Shown here one piece after another: positions 28,036-42,792 of a stretch of DNA of 64,000 bases. Source of the DNA: Lingula anatina (lineage: Eukaryota > Animalia > Brachiopoda); contig CM120640.1 of assembly GCA_051362555.1 (NCBI GenBank), positions 40,092,788-40,156,787 on the forward strand, in the 5' to 3' direction. A model generated the notes under the pieces. It worked only from the letters and a program-made list of their open reading frames with translations, was not told the origin of the DNA and searched no databases. The translations under genes were made by a program, and so were the position numbers. Each line of letters starts with the position of its first letter. Within the stretch, counting starts at the first letter, position 1.

Positions 28036-28776
28036 CTACATAAAAGGTGCCCTTAGTAATTAAAAGCCAACAATTTTATACATCTTTACCAAAACTACCT
28101 TTGTATTCTGTCATAAGCATTCTCAAAATATCATCACACAATTCCAAAAATATCTTTATGCCAAAATAGATAGTCTACAGTCTCCTTTTTTTTCCTTATA
28201 CCAATGCCAGTCCCAAAAATTTACCTTGAAAGGGCATTTAATACATTATCCTAGTCTGTAAAAAAAAGTACAGTTTAGAGGGTCTTTGTCTTTCTTCTGA
28301 ATGCCTCTGCGTAGTATTTTGTCTCCTCCTCGTAGGACAGACATTTTGGAAAATGGAATAAGCCCCCCTCGTTGCATCCACCTGTGAAATACTTCATGGT
28401 AAACTACCCACACCTTAGAAGACCAGGCTGGCAAGGCCTAGGTTAAGAAAACTTTGGACATTAAAACAAACAAAATATTATAATCTATGGATTCTTTAGT
28501 ACAGGTACAAAGTTTGTCAGATATAGTGCTTCAAAATTATTGTCACATTATAATTGAAATCTACTGGTGCAGATAATAGTGTAGCACAGTTTAGAGCCAT
28601 GCTCATGCACCTAGTATGGCATAATGATGTATGTGATATTTAAATAAACATCACATTACCTGTTAAACCTTACATGACCCCTGCATGCTTGAAAACTAAT
28701 CAAGACCATCTGTATTAAAGGTCAACTAAGCACAACTTAAAAACATTGATATAAATCGATATTCAATGAAAAACCT

Positions 28777-28778
<2 letters not shown>

Positions 28779-28829
<51 letters not shown>
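28779..28829. repeat. (AAT)n microsatellite
   Basis: Direct reading. Confidence 0.9.
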
Positions 28830-29326
28830 TTTTATATATTTATGTTTGCAAGTTAAAGTTGGATTGTACTTGCACTATAAAAGAGGAATAAAAGTTATAA
28901 TATTATCTACTAAAATCAGAAGAAGAATCTCAAGTTGAATAAATTTATTTTTGTGTGTTGACTGTGATTGCGACAAGAAACAGCCATACAATCATCAAGG
29001 AAAAAGAACTTTTATCTTACCAAAGTTTATTAATATTTATCCAAACAATCTATCTACTTATTTACTTATATTTATCTTATCATATACATTTACATTTAGT
29101 GTGCATGTGTGTTCTGTGCAAAAATAACACTGTTTTGGACCATTGCAAAATAATCATTCTTCACCACTCTCCTTTGCATTCCTTTTAAATTCATTACAGC
29201 ACTCCAGTGAACATAAAATGCTTAAATGTAAGTCTAGAGGCTGATAACTATAGGGCTCAAACATTTAATGAATAATGAGCTGTGTCACTGACATAAATAG
29301 GATTCACATATTCTGTTATACCTGAA

Positions 29327-29369
29327 AGCACTGAAACGGGGGTTTGATCAGCACTGAAACGGGGTTTGA

Positions 29370-29411
<42 letters not shown>
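29327..29411. repeat. 22-23-bp direct duplication followed by (GT)n
   Basis: agcactgaaacgggg(g)tttgatc occurs twice, then about 20 GT units. Confidence 0.85.
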
Positions 29412-29413
<2 letters not shown>

Positions 29414-31121
29414 CGTTATGGAAGACTATGACTATAGGTAGTATATGCATAGCGTGTTGAAGAAATCTAAGTCTTAGCACGAAAATTCCTTAGCACTGTT
29501 GCAATACTGTACATATACGGTATGATATACATTTAAATGATATGTTTAATATTCATGAGTATTGTACATATAAAATACGTTAATAGGACGGGTAACGCAT
29601 GCATTTCTGTTCTAGTGGTACCCGAGTTCGGTCATCAAAGGTAAAAAATCTTGTGCTGACGTTTATGTAACCTGAATTCACCTGTCCCCATACGCCGATC
29701 ACCATAAGGCCCAGATGAGGGAATAATTGATATAGCTCTTGATGGGCGTGGTGATCAGGCATCAGCAAAAGTTATGTTGCTATTTGCTCATTTTAAAACA
29801 ATTTTGTAAGTGGCTTATCACGTTGTCATCTTACCTTGTTTTTTTTCTCTCTGTCTGATCTTCCTCCCTTGTGCCCTGGTGTCTCGTTGTGATGTGTCAC
29901 TTTCAAAACGAGGCTCGGAATCCCCTTCCTTGACAGGAAAAGGTCAAGAGTGTTACATGGATTAACGCAGTAACTTGCGGTATATCCCGCGTGTTTTAGG
30001 TGTTGAAATAAATGTTAATCGATGATGAGCCACGTTTTGACATAAATCACGCGTGATTATATTAAAATAATTCTACAAATATGTTTTCTTAACGTTAGAT
30101 GATGCATGTACCCCATGTGTTGTTTTGGAAAATGAGGAAGAAAAATATATTTCTAAGAATGTAACATGGTTTCTTAATAAAAAGCAACGTAAATGGGATA
30201 ATATTTTCATAATTCACAGGGAAGTGTGAATACATGTACTTGGATTTTGCAGGGGAATACAAGGTAAATGTTAGGTAAGGAGATGATGAGAGATAATCAT
30301 TGTCACCTGTTTGCAGGATAATTCCATTTTTATTGTAACTAATAACTCGATTATGACAATAAATTTTGTGACTATGGTGGCTGCTGTGAAGGGGCTGTCA
30401 TTATAACTGAACAACTTTTCCTGTTGGTTAATGTTATTCCCCCCTCCCCCCCCAAAAAAAAACAAAAAAAAAAAAAAACAAATAATAATCAAATTTCCTA
30501 GCTGCAGATTTGCTGAAGAGTAACATTTTATTGTCAGCTTCTTAACTTGCTGAAAACCGAAATATGTGTGTTGTGATAAATTTAAAGCAAGAAGTGTCTT
30601 CTCCTTGGTGAAACAAAAAGGACGTATTTCGGGAAATCAAATATCGTCCATTTTCTATATTTTACTTTAAAAACTCAATGATCTAGACTAAAGAAAACAG
30701 CAGATCAAATGAAAAACCAAATGGATGTGACAGCGGATTACATGTACTAAGACGAGACCCTTGTCTCTATCAACTGACTGACATTGTCAGGTTCAGTAAA
30801 ATTGGACTGCTTGCACCATGCCCATGAAAAACTAATTCGGCATGATTTGTATTTACTAATTACAGCAATTGTAACCATTATGACAAGATATGGTGCAAAA
30901 TCACTGTATACTGGTATCTAATATTGACAACAAGTCTTGGAATACATTCTGTTAAATCTTCATGTTTGGACATTTAACGCCTTAATAAGTAACACAAGAA
31001 ATTACTGTTGATACCCGCAATCTTATTTAATTTCTGATCGTAAATCTCTACAACAACCCCAAAATTGGATTCATCTGTGTTATTACCTAGCTTACGGACA
31101 ATCAGCAAAACCATGATCAAC

Positions 31122-31156
31122 TATATAAATATGAGATATCAAAGTTAATGTCATTT
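31122..31156 (+). promoter_or_regulatory. TATA box plus initiator of the metalloprotease gene
   Basis: TATATAAA at 31122 and Inr-like TCATTT at 31151 (A+1 is 31 nt after the TATA start), about 40 nt before the ATG. Confidence 0.6.
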
Positions 31157-31191
31157 TCAAGAGTTGTGAAAAGTTACATAGCTAAAGCTAA

Positions 31192-32284
31192 ATGAAGGGT
31201 TGGATTTTCTCTCGGATTGTACTTTTGGCTACGTGGTTCATGCTTTCGCAAGCAGCACACATTAAAAATGAAGGTACAGTCCTAAACACATGATGTTTTA
31301 AATATTGATGCTTACAATAGGTGTGTCATTATTTTGATAACTGAGGTGATCATATCCGTCTTCAAGTCATGATTTTATTTTCTAACTCTTTTGTTGGTTT
31401 AAAGTACATCTCCAAATTTTTCAAATTTAAGAAAATGCATGTCTTTGTAGTGAATGGTTTTAAAAGATAAATATCTCACGTATTTTTTCTTTGGTTGCAA
31501 AATGCATTCGATTTGCAAAATGCCGCCCAAAAGAAGTGTCGAACAATGGGATTCATTGAACTTTATCAAAACTTTTTTATTTTCTTTAACAACCTAGAAA
31601 TAGAACTGGTGACCATCACTGAGGTGACGGGTCCGATGGCACGAGAGCTGGGCGCCTACACACCAGACGCACGGTACATATTCAAAGCTCACGGAAGAGA
31701 ATTTGATCTTCGACTTAAGAGAAATGATCGTATCAATGTAAACAATATCCCCGTTTACGAGTCGGATGAGACTGGACGTCTTTTTCAAAAACCGATCGAG
31801 TTAGGAAGGAATGATGTAAGGCCAACAATATTAAGTATCTTGAAGTAACAAAAGCATAATTAAAATCATAAACCAAAATAGTTGGGTATAATTGCCCCTC
31901 TTCATAAGTTCCTTCACCGAAAATGCACGTATGTATGAACAATGGTTCAAAGGTGTGAAATTGCATGTTTTGTTCAAGGACACATCCCCTGCGCCTTCCG
32001 TAAAAAGACAAAGTTGACATTGTTCTGCCCACTATATACTTATATATATATATATATATATAACGAAGTCGGTAATATTTAAGCATAACGAAGTCGGTAA
32101 TATTTAAGCATTGGACGTATTACTGCAGGAATATCCTGGGTTTAATTTCTCATGCTCTAGCATTTATTTCAGGATTTTACTCTTTATCAAGACCTAATCC
32201 GCAACGCTGCTGTTGCAGTGTACACTGATAAAAGAGACGGCAAATATCAGAAGAAGATGGTGAGCTAAGTCTCTCTCTCTATCT

Positions 32285-32322
<38 letters not shown>

Positions 32323-32852
32323 CGTTTCAGTGTGTTGTTTGTATGTGAAAATCAGTTTATGAAAATCAGTTTAAGTTACTAAGATAATGCCTGACGAAAT
32401 TTGAAAAATGGCATTCAGCTAAAGAAAATAAATTCCATTCATTTCACAGGAAGGTTTTGTTATGGACCACGACATGATGTATGAACTCCGCCATGTAGAA
32501 GATGACAAGTATGCCGTGATAAAACAAGACCTTGGTGATATGTCTGCTGGAGAGGATGACATGGAAGGTAAAATAAATAAGACAAATAGCACTGATATGT
32601 TTTAATTAAATAAGCGTTTTCCCCCGTCCATTGCCTGTAATGTTTGGTTTGTTTTAGACAGGAGATTGGGTTTTTATATGTATAACCATCAGATACTTTC
32701 ACATCGGAAATCTGGTTAATCTTATCATCTGGTAGGCTATTATAAGTCTTTGTGAATCAATTTAGATTCACCGAAACTTACTGCAAATTACTTGAGAAGC
32801 CAAAACATAGCCAGCTTCCTCTACTTAGAGCACAAATACAGGATACAGAAAC

Positions 32853-32885
<33 letters not shown>

Positions 32886-35800
32886 TCAGAGATCCCAACA
32901 CGTCGCCATATCAACCGGTTATCCGAAAAGTCCACTCTGCTCCGTACCATGCAGGATGTGCTGGGCACCCTTAGCAAGAAGAAAACAGATAAAGCCATAG
33001 AACTTAAGAAAAAGAAGAGGGGATTCAGTGCAACCCACATTAACGCTGGCGTTGAGCTCATGATTTGCACTGACGATTCCATATGGGACACCTTTATGCA
33101 GCGCAACAACCAAAAGGCTGCTGCGGCGGAAAAGGAGTTAAAAAGATACTACGCTCTGATAGTAAATGGGGTATGTTTACAGGCCTAATATATTTATTCT
33201 CTATCAGGGCAAAATATTGATTTTTCACTAGATTTTCACAGATATATCTCCGGCTAATTCTTGACGATTTTGTCTACTGCGAAACTCTGCATGGAATTAA
33301 TTTCACCACTTATCTGGTCCACTGGTGTAGAGTAGCATAAAGAAGTTCTATTAATGTGAAGAATACTTTATAAGTTGTACACACACACACACGCAGACAC
33401 ATACAGGCGCGCGCGCGCACACACACACACACACACTGACATTGAATCAAGTGCATTTAAAGAAATTATTTATCTACTCAAAGTTAAAAAGATAAACAGT
33501 GTGTACCTTGAATTCTATCATTCAACCCTGTCCATTATCTCCATAAATGAACTGACGTTTTGCTATAGACATACTTATGTTCAACTTCTTTCTGGCTAGT
33601 TACTAGAAGTATTTTTTTTTCTAAACTGAACAATGTTATATGTGCGTGGTATGTTTTTTTTTTATCATCAGATCGACCTTCGATTCCAAAATATCAAGGA
33701 CCCAGATCTGAACATCTACGTTGTGTTAGCATCATACGTTATTATCAAGGTAAATTGTTTGTATGTATATCTTAAATCTACCCAAGACTGTATAAGATAA
33801 ACAATAAAATGTTATGATAATGCATTGGGAGGTGCAGGTGCAGGGAAATATTAAAACGTACTATGGACGATTTTACGTTTTATTAGATATAACACATTTC
33901 ATATAAGGTTCAGGGAATTGGCGGAGCCCCATGGATCAGCAGCAGCCTGCTTGGAGGCGAGAAGGACGGAAGAGAACTGGTGGATAAAACGAAAGCCCTC
34001 TATGGCTGGTGCGAGTACCGTGAAAAGAACTACGATGATTTCAGCGAGCATGATCACGGAATGGTATTCACTGCGTAAGTGTAACTCACGAAGCTAATAA
34101 ATGGCATTTTTGTCCTCATCAATCTCATAATTTGCAAATCAGTCATATTATCAGTCATTCGAAGGTTTTATTCATAACTAAAAAAAAAGCAAAATGAAAG
34201 ATAAGGTTTTTAACATATTATGCAATTTATAGAATTTGTTGCAATTGATAATTTATATTAACTAAATCTATAATATTATGTAATTGCATTTACTGATGGT
34301 AATGTGTTAAAATTAAAATATATAACTTTTACGTCATGAATATTACCTTGTATTGTATATTTGCCTATTTTATTAACGTATTTGCATTTTCATTCATTTC
34401 CTTCCATAAGTATATTACAATTTCAGTCGTGAACTGGCTTCATCGCGAGGAAGCACTGGTGTTGCTGGCGCAGCATATGTTGGGGGTATATGCTCCAAGT
34501 CGCAAGCCTGCTCTATTGTAGAGTCTCACGGCGGATTTGGTTCATTCATTGCTGCGACACATGAACTTGGCCACAAGTAAGTAAATATAAATTCATATAG
34601 ACATGCATATGTGGTTTTCAGAGGAAGCGTTTTAGGCATTGATTACTAAACTATACAAAGACCTCAGATAAAGGTATAGCCGGGTGTTCATTAATTGTAT
34701 CGTGTGTTTCAGTTCCGGCTGCCTTTTTGACTTTTTCACATTTTTTTCTGCAGTGGATATATAATTTTTTTGACTGAGTGTGTTTCAGTCTTGGAGCCCA
34801 CCATGATGGCGCAAGCAGTGAAATGTACAATAACGCGGCATGTGCTGGCGATGCAGGTAACGTGATGGCAGCGGAATCGGGAAGTTCAAACCCAAAGAGT
34901 GGTTATTACTTCTCCTCCTGCTCAGTGCAGGAATTCAAAAAAGGATTACAGTACGTAAATCTAAAAAAATGCTCTCTCTCTCTCTCTCTCCTTCACTTAA
35001 ACGTACAAACATGACATGTAAATGAAACCGTCTGTATAAAATTCCTTAATTGTCACGTTTTTTATCGTTTGTAACATCAATATGAGTCGGAATTGTGAAT
35101 GATCTATAAAATCTAACATGGGCGATCGTTTGTTTTAAGACACGCTTGCTGTCTTGCTAATAAAGGACAATACGAAGATCCTGAACAATATGCGGCGCAC
35201 ACAAAACATCTTCCAGGACAGCTATACAACGCTGATGAGCAATGCCAGATGTTGTATGGAGTTGATTCCAAAATGTGCAGGGTATGTGATATCTCCAAAT
35301 GTACCGTTATTGGTTTAATAGCTATTTTTTCCCGTTTAGCTAAAGATACTTTTTAGAAGCTTTTTTTTTTTTTGCATTTTGTAGTATGATGATTAATATA
35401 AGGACACCTTATGGTAAACTGAAAATACTGAACAGCACGTAATTAAATTTCACTTATGGGTCAAGTGATTTTAAATGAATTTTCATAGATTATATAATTA
35501 ACGTTTTATTTCAGCCACTTGGAGATAGCGAGTACTGCAAGTATCTGTTGTGCTCTACCGTTGGCAATGCGTGTATACATAAATACAAACCACCAGCAGA
35601 TGGCACTGAATGCGACGAAAATAAATGGTGTATAGAGGGCGCATGTGTCACAAAAGGGAAAACTCCGCCTTCAGGAAAAGGGCACAGTGGAGTTAAGACT
35701 TCCTGGTGCCCTTATGGTCAGTATATTTTTTTCAGCTCGCAGTACGTCTTTACTTATGAGGGTTACGCAAATTGATGTCTCATTCAGACCAGTGTGTTGT

Positions 35801-36456
35801 CCAAAAACAATGTTTGATTTGCGCAGTTTTGTATGTCATATCAAAACATATAGGGGCCTACTTGTAAGTATCTCTTGACATTTTATCTTTTAGTGGGAAA
35901 TTTCGCATGTTTTACTACCATTTACATGCACATAGATAAAAAAAAACTGTGTTGTTACAATGGAAACTTCAGATGCGAGGTCAAAAATCTGGGACACCAA
36001 TGATTTTTGTTCCCAAAACCCCGTAACGCCCATTAAAAGAAAACAGTTTTTATACATAATGTCATCATTAATAATAAAAAAGGATCAGTAGACGCAACTA
36101 GCCATTTTGAAGAGGGTATGCTGGAAACTACGGAAACGGCGATCGTCTGATCGTTATACCCTTAACACGACAATGCATGGCAAATGCACGGCATTCAGCT
36201 TACCAACACCTACCGGATTAAGCAGTTCAAAACCAAAGGCGTAGTTAATTTATTTTGATTGATTGATTGATTTCTAGGCTGGCCGAGTGACGTTTGCCCA
36301 GAATCTGACACCCCTATGGTCAATCTTGGTGCAGGTTTCGAGACCTGCCAAGACGTTATCAATCGTGATGGTGACACTTGGTGCTCGCATAGTGAATTCA
36401 AGGCCCCCGGTTTCTGCTGTTTTGCCTGTTATTATTTCCATAAGGCTAAACAATAG
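31192..36456 (+). CDS. Secreted ADAMTS-like reprolysin (M12B) zinc metalloprotease without TSRs, 12 exons, about 621 aa
   Basis: Exons 31192-31273, 31598-31815, 32173-32259, 32450-32567, 32890-33170, 33672-33749, 33908(or 33914)-34074, 34427-34576, 34789-34950, 35140-35281, 35515-35716 and 36278-36456 sum to 1866 nt. Features: signal peptide MKGWIFSRIVLLATWFMLSQA, polybasic KKKKR cleavage site, GAAYVGGIC, zinc motif HELGHNLGAHHD, Met-turn NVMAA, ADAMTS disintegrin-like domain LPGQLYNADEQC...PADGTECDENKWCIEGACV, and a terminal 6-Cys module. Confidence 0.92.
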
Positions 36457-36972
36457 GGTGTGTACTTATTTCCTTGTGAATGTTAAAATCACGACATTTT
36501 CTTTAATTTTTAAAGTTTTTTTAAAATTAGTTTGGAATATAGTGTTTCTTTTGTGCACATTTAAAATTTACCTCAAACAGTCTTAATGTCTGTTTTCAAA
36601 TGGATAACTGGCACTAACATTATTGTATTTTCTTTCAGAAACAAAATTTCCTATTAGACTTTTCGACCATTCAGTTCAGTTCTGGATTTAAAATTCCATG
36701 TTGATGATTTCCAAAACTGAAACAAGGTGCATTGTAGAACTGGTGGAGTAAAATTCTACAAACTCTATTTATTGTTTTCAAATGGCCCAAATGTCCCCTA
36801 TTAATATACTCAATAAATATTTTATCGCAAAGCAATTCTACAATTCGTTTTTTGTACTAAGCAGTACTACCAGGGCCTTGAGCAACGTGCGTCCTCAGGG
36901 ATTCGTGAGTCAATTTGTTCGTAAGATCAACACGAATTACATTTGTACCCAATCAGCACGTTATGAAATTAA

Positions 36973-37267
36973 AGGGATAATAACTCTTCGTTTTGGCCAA
37001 AAAATGAATTTTCCTGGAGTAAACAACAATTTTTCCATACTTACAAATGGTTAATGAATCCATTTTTACATTCAAAGTTAGTCCCTGTTTTTTTTCTAAA
37101 AATATAGCTGTCAGTGGAGGTCACGTGGTCTAAAGACAAGCTCAGATATCAGAATAATAGCTATAACTGCCGTTTTTGTGGAAAAACAGATTATGTTATA
37201 TTTCTATGAATTATTCACAATGTTTTTATTGTGAAATATAGATCTCATACGAATAGTTATTATCCCT
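36973..37267. mobile_element. Kolobok/T2-type MITE with TTAA TSD
   Basis: TTAA|AGGGATAATAACTCTTCGT...ACGAATAGTTATTATCCCT|TTAA. Confidence 0.8.
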
Positions 37268-39027
37268 TTAACTTAAATAGCCCAACTCTGAGTATAACCA
37301 CTTATTTCAATGAAATAGACAATAGAAATTTCAAAGCACACCCAATGGGTTTACATGGCATGTAGGACCCCACACAAACTACTTTTAAAAAATGTTACCC
37401 TCTGATATTCAGAGCAAACTGTTAACCGGTAACACAGCACACACACCTGCCACCCATGTGTGACACCTTGCTATCAGGGGATAAAAGGTGACTACTCTAT
37501 CACGTGAGAGTCCTGAAACTCTGTAGAAACTCTTTAAAAAAATAAAAAGGCACTGACGTCTCCGCAAGTTAAAAAAAAGGTCCTGTTGACAAGGTAATCC
37601 GGGTTTCTGGTCGATTCTTTATCTTTATTTCAGTCTTAATGGTGATAGTAAAGGATGTTTCAATATAAACGTGACTCTCTTACACACCCGTAATTCATGA
37701 ACCATAAAATAAAGTCAATAAAACTCAGGATATTCTTAGAGCTGAATCTGTCAAACGTTTTTCTAAAAAAACAATTTAAGTAGAGAAAAAAATACATTCT
37801 AGACATCGACACACACATGTGGTCTTTGGCACGATATAACCATCCGCCTAATGTTGCGTGTGAAGATTGATGAAAACTTTTCTTATGGCATAAAAGGCAA
37901 ATGGGAAAGTATTATCTTTTTTCAACATTTGCTTTATCTTAGAATGCGTGTGAAACTGTATTTTCACAAATCTTGGCATCATTTAAAGTATTTGTGACTC
38001 TTCATCGACGTAAAACACGCTATTAAAGAGATTTGGTCCATAAGGTCACAGGAGAAATTCTTAAGGTATTCCATCAAAATCGATTTAAATGCCCTTTGCG
38101 ATACTGTTCCTATGGTGTTTAATGTCAACCTACATCTATCCATTAAACGAACTTTACATGTATAGTTTGATTTTTATCCGAAATTCTTAGCAATTCAAGA
38201 GAATGCCAATCTACCTGCGTGATATAGGTTTTATCATATTGTTTCGTCTAATCCTCCTCCCCCCTCACCCCCCCCCCCCCACACACTTATTAAAAGAAAA
38301 AAATGCAAATTTAAAAAGTATTTATCAGTGACCTAACCTGCATGTTTTGATATAATGATCCCGCTTTCTTTCACATAAATTCAACTGGCATTATGCCTCA
38401 TATGCCCCAACTCAAGAATGATTACAAACTTGAAGCACAAACGTGCTTTTACATAAACTACTTTTATAATTGTTGGTGATAAGAACTTTGTGCAACATGC
38501 AAGCTACATTTTCTCGAAAAAAAAAAGAAAGTTTATTTTTTCATTTAAGTATAAATTAATAGTCCGACAGCATTTTTATACCTACATTTGTATGCTGGCA
38601 ACACTTTTTATTGTATAATTGACTTCAATCTTTTCGTGTCGCATTTAGTTACAATAAGAACGAGGTAATAACATTGATATAACTTGTTTTGCTGCATAAA
38701 CCAAGCCAGATTGGCGACCAAGATATTTTAATATGAAATAATAACAAACTACAAATATGCCCGTAACTGCTTAAACTGGAGTTCTTCTAAACATTAAACG
38801 CATTTTATATCAAATGAAAATATTTTGGCAACATTACCCCGCCCCGCTTACCGCTGTTAGTGTAACATCGTCGTCTACATCGAGACCTCGGGTCACTTTA
38901 GACTTTGGTTGGAAATACTAATAAGAAAATAAATATTAAGTGAATACATAAATGAAATCAATAGTTTTCTTTAAAAACAGACCATTTTTGGGTTTTGGGC
39001 ATTTCGTGTCCTGCAAGCTTCGAAACA

Positions 39028-40889
39028 ATGGGCATGGTAGAGCTCTCACTGGGGCTGGTCCTCCTGTTAGTGGTGTATGGAGCAGGTACTATAAATTTTG
39101 TGCACGATGTTTTGTTTTCCTATTATGCAAACCAAGCTGTCATTTATTTTTTTTTTATATTATTTTTTTTACTGTATTCTATATCGTACAAATTCATCTA
39201 AATCATTTTATTTCACTTCATAAAACTGTCTTTTATTTCGTTTAAATTTTTTTTGTTTCACTTTTAAAGAAAAAAGAATTATCTGGATACATCATTTTAA
39301 TTGAAATACGCTGAAGATGCCATTTGGCATGAAAACGCAATTTTTCTAAAGCTCATTTAAGTCTACCAGTAAATATCTATTATTACTTCAGGCAGCTATA
39401 GCCCAAAACACAGGATGGTTGCTCAGTGGGGTCCGTGGTCGGTTTTTACCCAGTGCACTGCCTCGTGTGGCGGTGGAATTAAAGTGAGGACAAGGTCTTG
39501 CGATGTCTACTACACTTCAGCTAAGGACAACGGATATGACAGCACCACTTGTCCTGGAGTTTCTGTCGAAGTTCTTCCATGTAACACCAAGAAGTGTGTC
39601 AGTAAGTAGATCACCGAGAGTTTTTGTCAATTTCTTCATGAATCCCATCAGGATTTTGTTTCTGTATCAAAGTTAATCTGTGGTTGACTAGCATAATTGG
39701 CCTTGAACATCCTATGTTACACATTTTCAAATTGTATTCATTATATTAAAAGCATCACTATTTGGTATAATTTTTCTCTTTATCTTTTTATTTATCTCTT
39801 TTTCTCCTTATATATTTCTTTTATTATACTTTTACAGTTTACGGCGGATGGGCTCCCTGGTCGATCTTCAGCGGATGCTGTCATGGTTCGCAAATCCGCC
39901 ACCGCAGCTGCTCCGCCCCGGTCCCCGTCAATGCTCCCGAGTGTAAAGGGGACGCCGTTGAGGTGACTCTTTGTTCTAAAGGCGCAAAGGAAACTTGTGG
40001 CGGCTGCCCATCGGCATGTCCCAAACGTAAGTTAAAATCTTTTTCGTTTGCTTGCTTGACAGCTTGCACTCCAGCATTCTTCTGTTTACTGGAGAGCAAG
40101 CTCTTCGATAAACCTTTTTGCCACGACAAAGTGAATCTAGTCTAAAACGAAACCTAATGCATTGCATGACGACATGCAAGACTAGAAAATGTACGATAAT
40201 CCGGGTGAGGAGGGTTAAATTCTTAATGTAAGTAAGGGTAAAACTCAAAGCAATACAAAAGTGACACAAAAACGTGAAAAATTCGTACTGTTGTGCAATA
40301 GGCTCTATTTCGACAGAAAACTACTAAAAATGTACGTGAATAAATTCTGTCATCTTTAAATAGTTTTCACATCGCATTCGCTAGCCAGCCTTTATTTCTT
40401 ACCCCTTCTCCCCCAAAATTAAGGAAATCTCGCATGATTTGATGCTCAGTCGCGAGACTTTGGGTTATTTTGGATGGCTCCCATTCCTGCAACTTCGTCA
40501 TTTAGTTTTTCTTGAACAAACCCATAATTTTTTGCGATTGTCATTTTTTAGATTCTCAAAACGAAAACAAGCAACATATTTTAATTCTGAAATAAAGTTT
40601 TCTTCCCTAGAAACAGTGTTAATGTCGGAAAATCTTTGAGAATATGCGAGTTCGGCGGTCTGTGCGTGGGCGTGTCATAGACCGAATTGAATGCCAGTGA
40701 GTACCAGTACCAGTCACTGAGTGCATATAGATTATGCCCATCTTGCACTTAAAAGATATATAATATTAAATACAGGTTTGAACAAATTACATATGACTTA
40801 CTTTATCAAAATTCAAATGATGATAATTTCCGCGTGTAATGAGATTTTATTTAATTTCAGCGTATAAGCCCTTCTACCAGAAGCATTAA
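39028..40889 (+). CDS. Small secreted protein with two TSP1 repeats (paralogue A), about 161 aa
   Basis: Exons 39028-39085 (signal peptide MGMVELSLGLVLLLVVYGA), 39392-39601 (WGPWS..CTASCGGGIKVRTRSC..CNTKKC), 39838-40026 (WAPWSIFSGCCHGSQIRHRSCSAPVPVNAPECKGDAVEVTLCSKGAKETCGGCPSACPK) and 40861-40889. All introns are phase 1. Confidence 0.88.
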
Positions 40890-42792
40890 ATAAAAGGGCG
40901 AATGAAGACAAGAAGCGAATCAAGACAAATTGAAGACAAGGCCCTTATCATAACAGTGACAGTTGACAAGAAAAGAGGAATAAGAAGATTGTGATTATTA
41001 CATGTACCTCCGTTTGTGTGTTAGTTTGTCTCATTGTCACCAGCCTAACTCATAAAATCATGGGTGTATTTTAATGAAATGTTCATGATAGGTCACAAAT
41101 GGGCTAACTCAGAAGTGAATATACATTGTACTTTGGTGATGATCCATTAATTAATTAATGATTAATTATCAGTTAATAATTTGACTTGGCGGAAATCTGC
41201 GCCCTCTGAATGCTTTTCTAGTTTGGGATTTGAGTTCGTGAAAATGTATTTATACTTATGATTTATTACATTAAATTGTAAGTTATGTATTAATAAAAAG
41301 GAAAATAAATATTTTAGGGAAAGTTGAAAGAATCTCACCTACGAAATTAATTAAATGTCAGTGTTTTTGAAATCTTGAAACATTTTTTCTAATTTTCTTT
41401 TTGTGACATGCAATAAAAAGCTTAAAGAATTACTTTCTGAATTGTTAGTGCTTTACACTGAGCGCATCTGGCTGTACCTGGTGCAATAACTTTCTCTGCC
41501 TCACCGGTGAATCTGTACTAAGAGCCTGAATACGGCTCAAACAAAAACTTCCGCTTGCGTTTCCAATCCTTCTCCATGTAAGACATTGTTCCAAAGTTCC
41601 ATCACATATTTTGGAAACCATCCCACTTATGCTGCCACAAGGTCATCTTCTCAGTTTTTGGAATTAATCTCCACTACATATCATATTCGGTCCTTTTTCA
41701 CAAAACGCACACACACGATAGTCTTTATGATGATGTCCGCCAGTTGTAAAAACCGAGAAACATTGAATTGTCAGTATAAAAAAAGGCAGACCAATGTCGA
41801 AACATACACTTCTGAAACCAATCATTGAATAACTTATAGAACCAACACCCCACTATCTTGTGCTAGAGCAAACATTATACAGATCCCATCCTAGGCCAAA
41901 CGACTCCACGTTGGCCAATTACTAATGCGATTTTTCTATAAAAACTGGGCACAGCTGCAGCAAGCAATGAACATTTTAAATCTGCTAAAACACAACCCCT
42001 ATGTAGCCATTCCTTAAAGACAGAGCACAACTGGGTAATAAAAGCACTGCACATCTAGCACAATCCTGTCCCTCTGTCTCTTTGGTGTTGCTCTACAAAC
42101 TTGAAAAACGAAACACGGTTTCACATTTCATCTTATTTCACAATAGATTGAAAGATCACTGCTACCCACTCAAACACATATTTGGTAGCATAACTGCTTT
42201 TTTAAAATCTTGATTAGCTACAAACTCAAAACCTGTCATTGTTTGTTTGTTCTCCGTTATTATCAGTTTATAGCGTCTCATAAATGAAATTCAAAACGTT
42301 TAAGTGTCAGATGGCATGAGTCTTTTCTATCCAGGACATCTGTCTCGGTAATGAAAATATTGCATTTTGTTTCTGATTAGTGGGAGCCATTCTAATGTTC
42401 TTATTGCATAGCTCTATACTATAAAGATGAATATATTAAGGTTTCCTTTGATAAAAAGTTAATCTACGTTTAATCAATATTTGTTTATTCGTCAATCATA
42501 ATCAAAATACTTTCAAACCCAGGTAAATGGCATTTGGTCCGTTCGCACATACATCTTTTTTTTTTTTTCATTTTTGAACTAATGGGTTCAAGCACGAGGT
42601 TAATAAAATGCTAAACATCGTCAAAGCCAACCTAATTATACACCTAATGGTATTCCAAAACAATGCTGCACTTTAAACGTACACGATGGGTCAGCTTAAT
42701 CCATTTGATTATAATTGGCGCGCTATCATCGACCAGTTTAAAAGGCTGCCCAAACCGAAAGAGGAGTGTCAGTTTCACCGACCGCGTCGACC

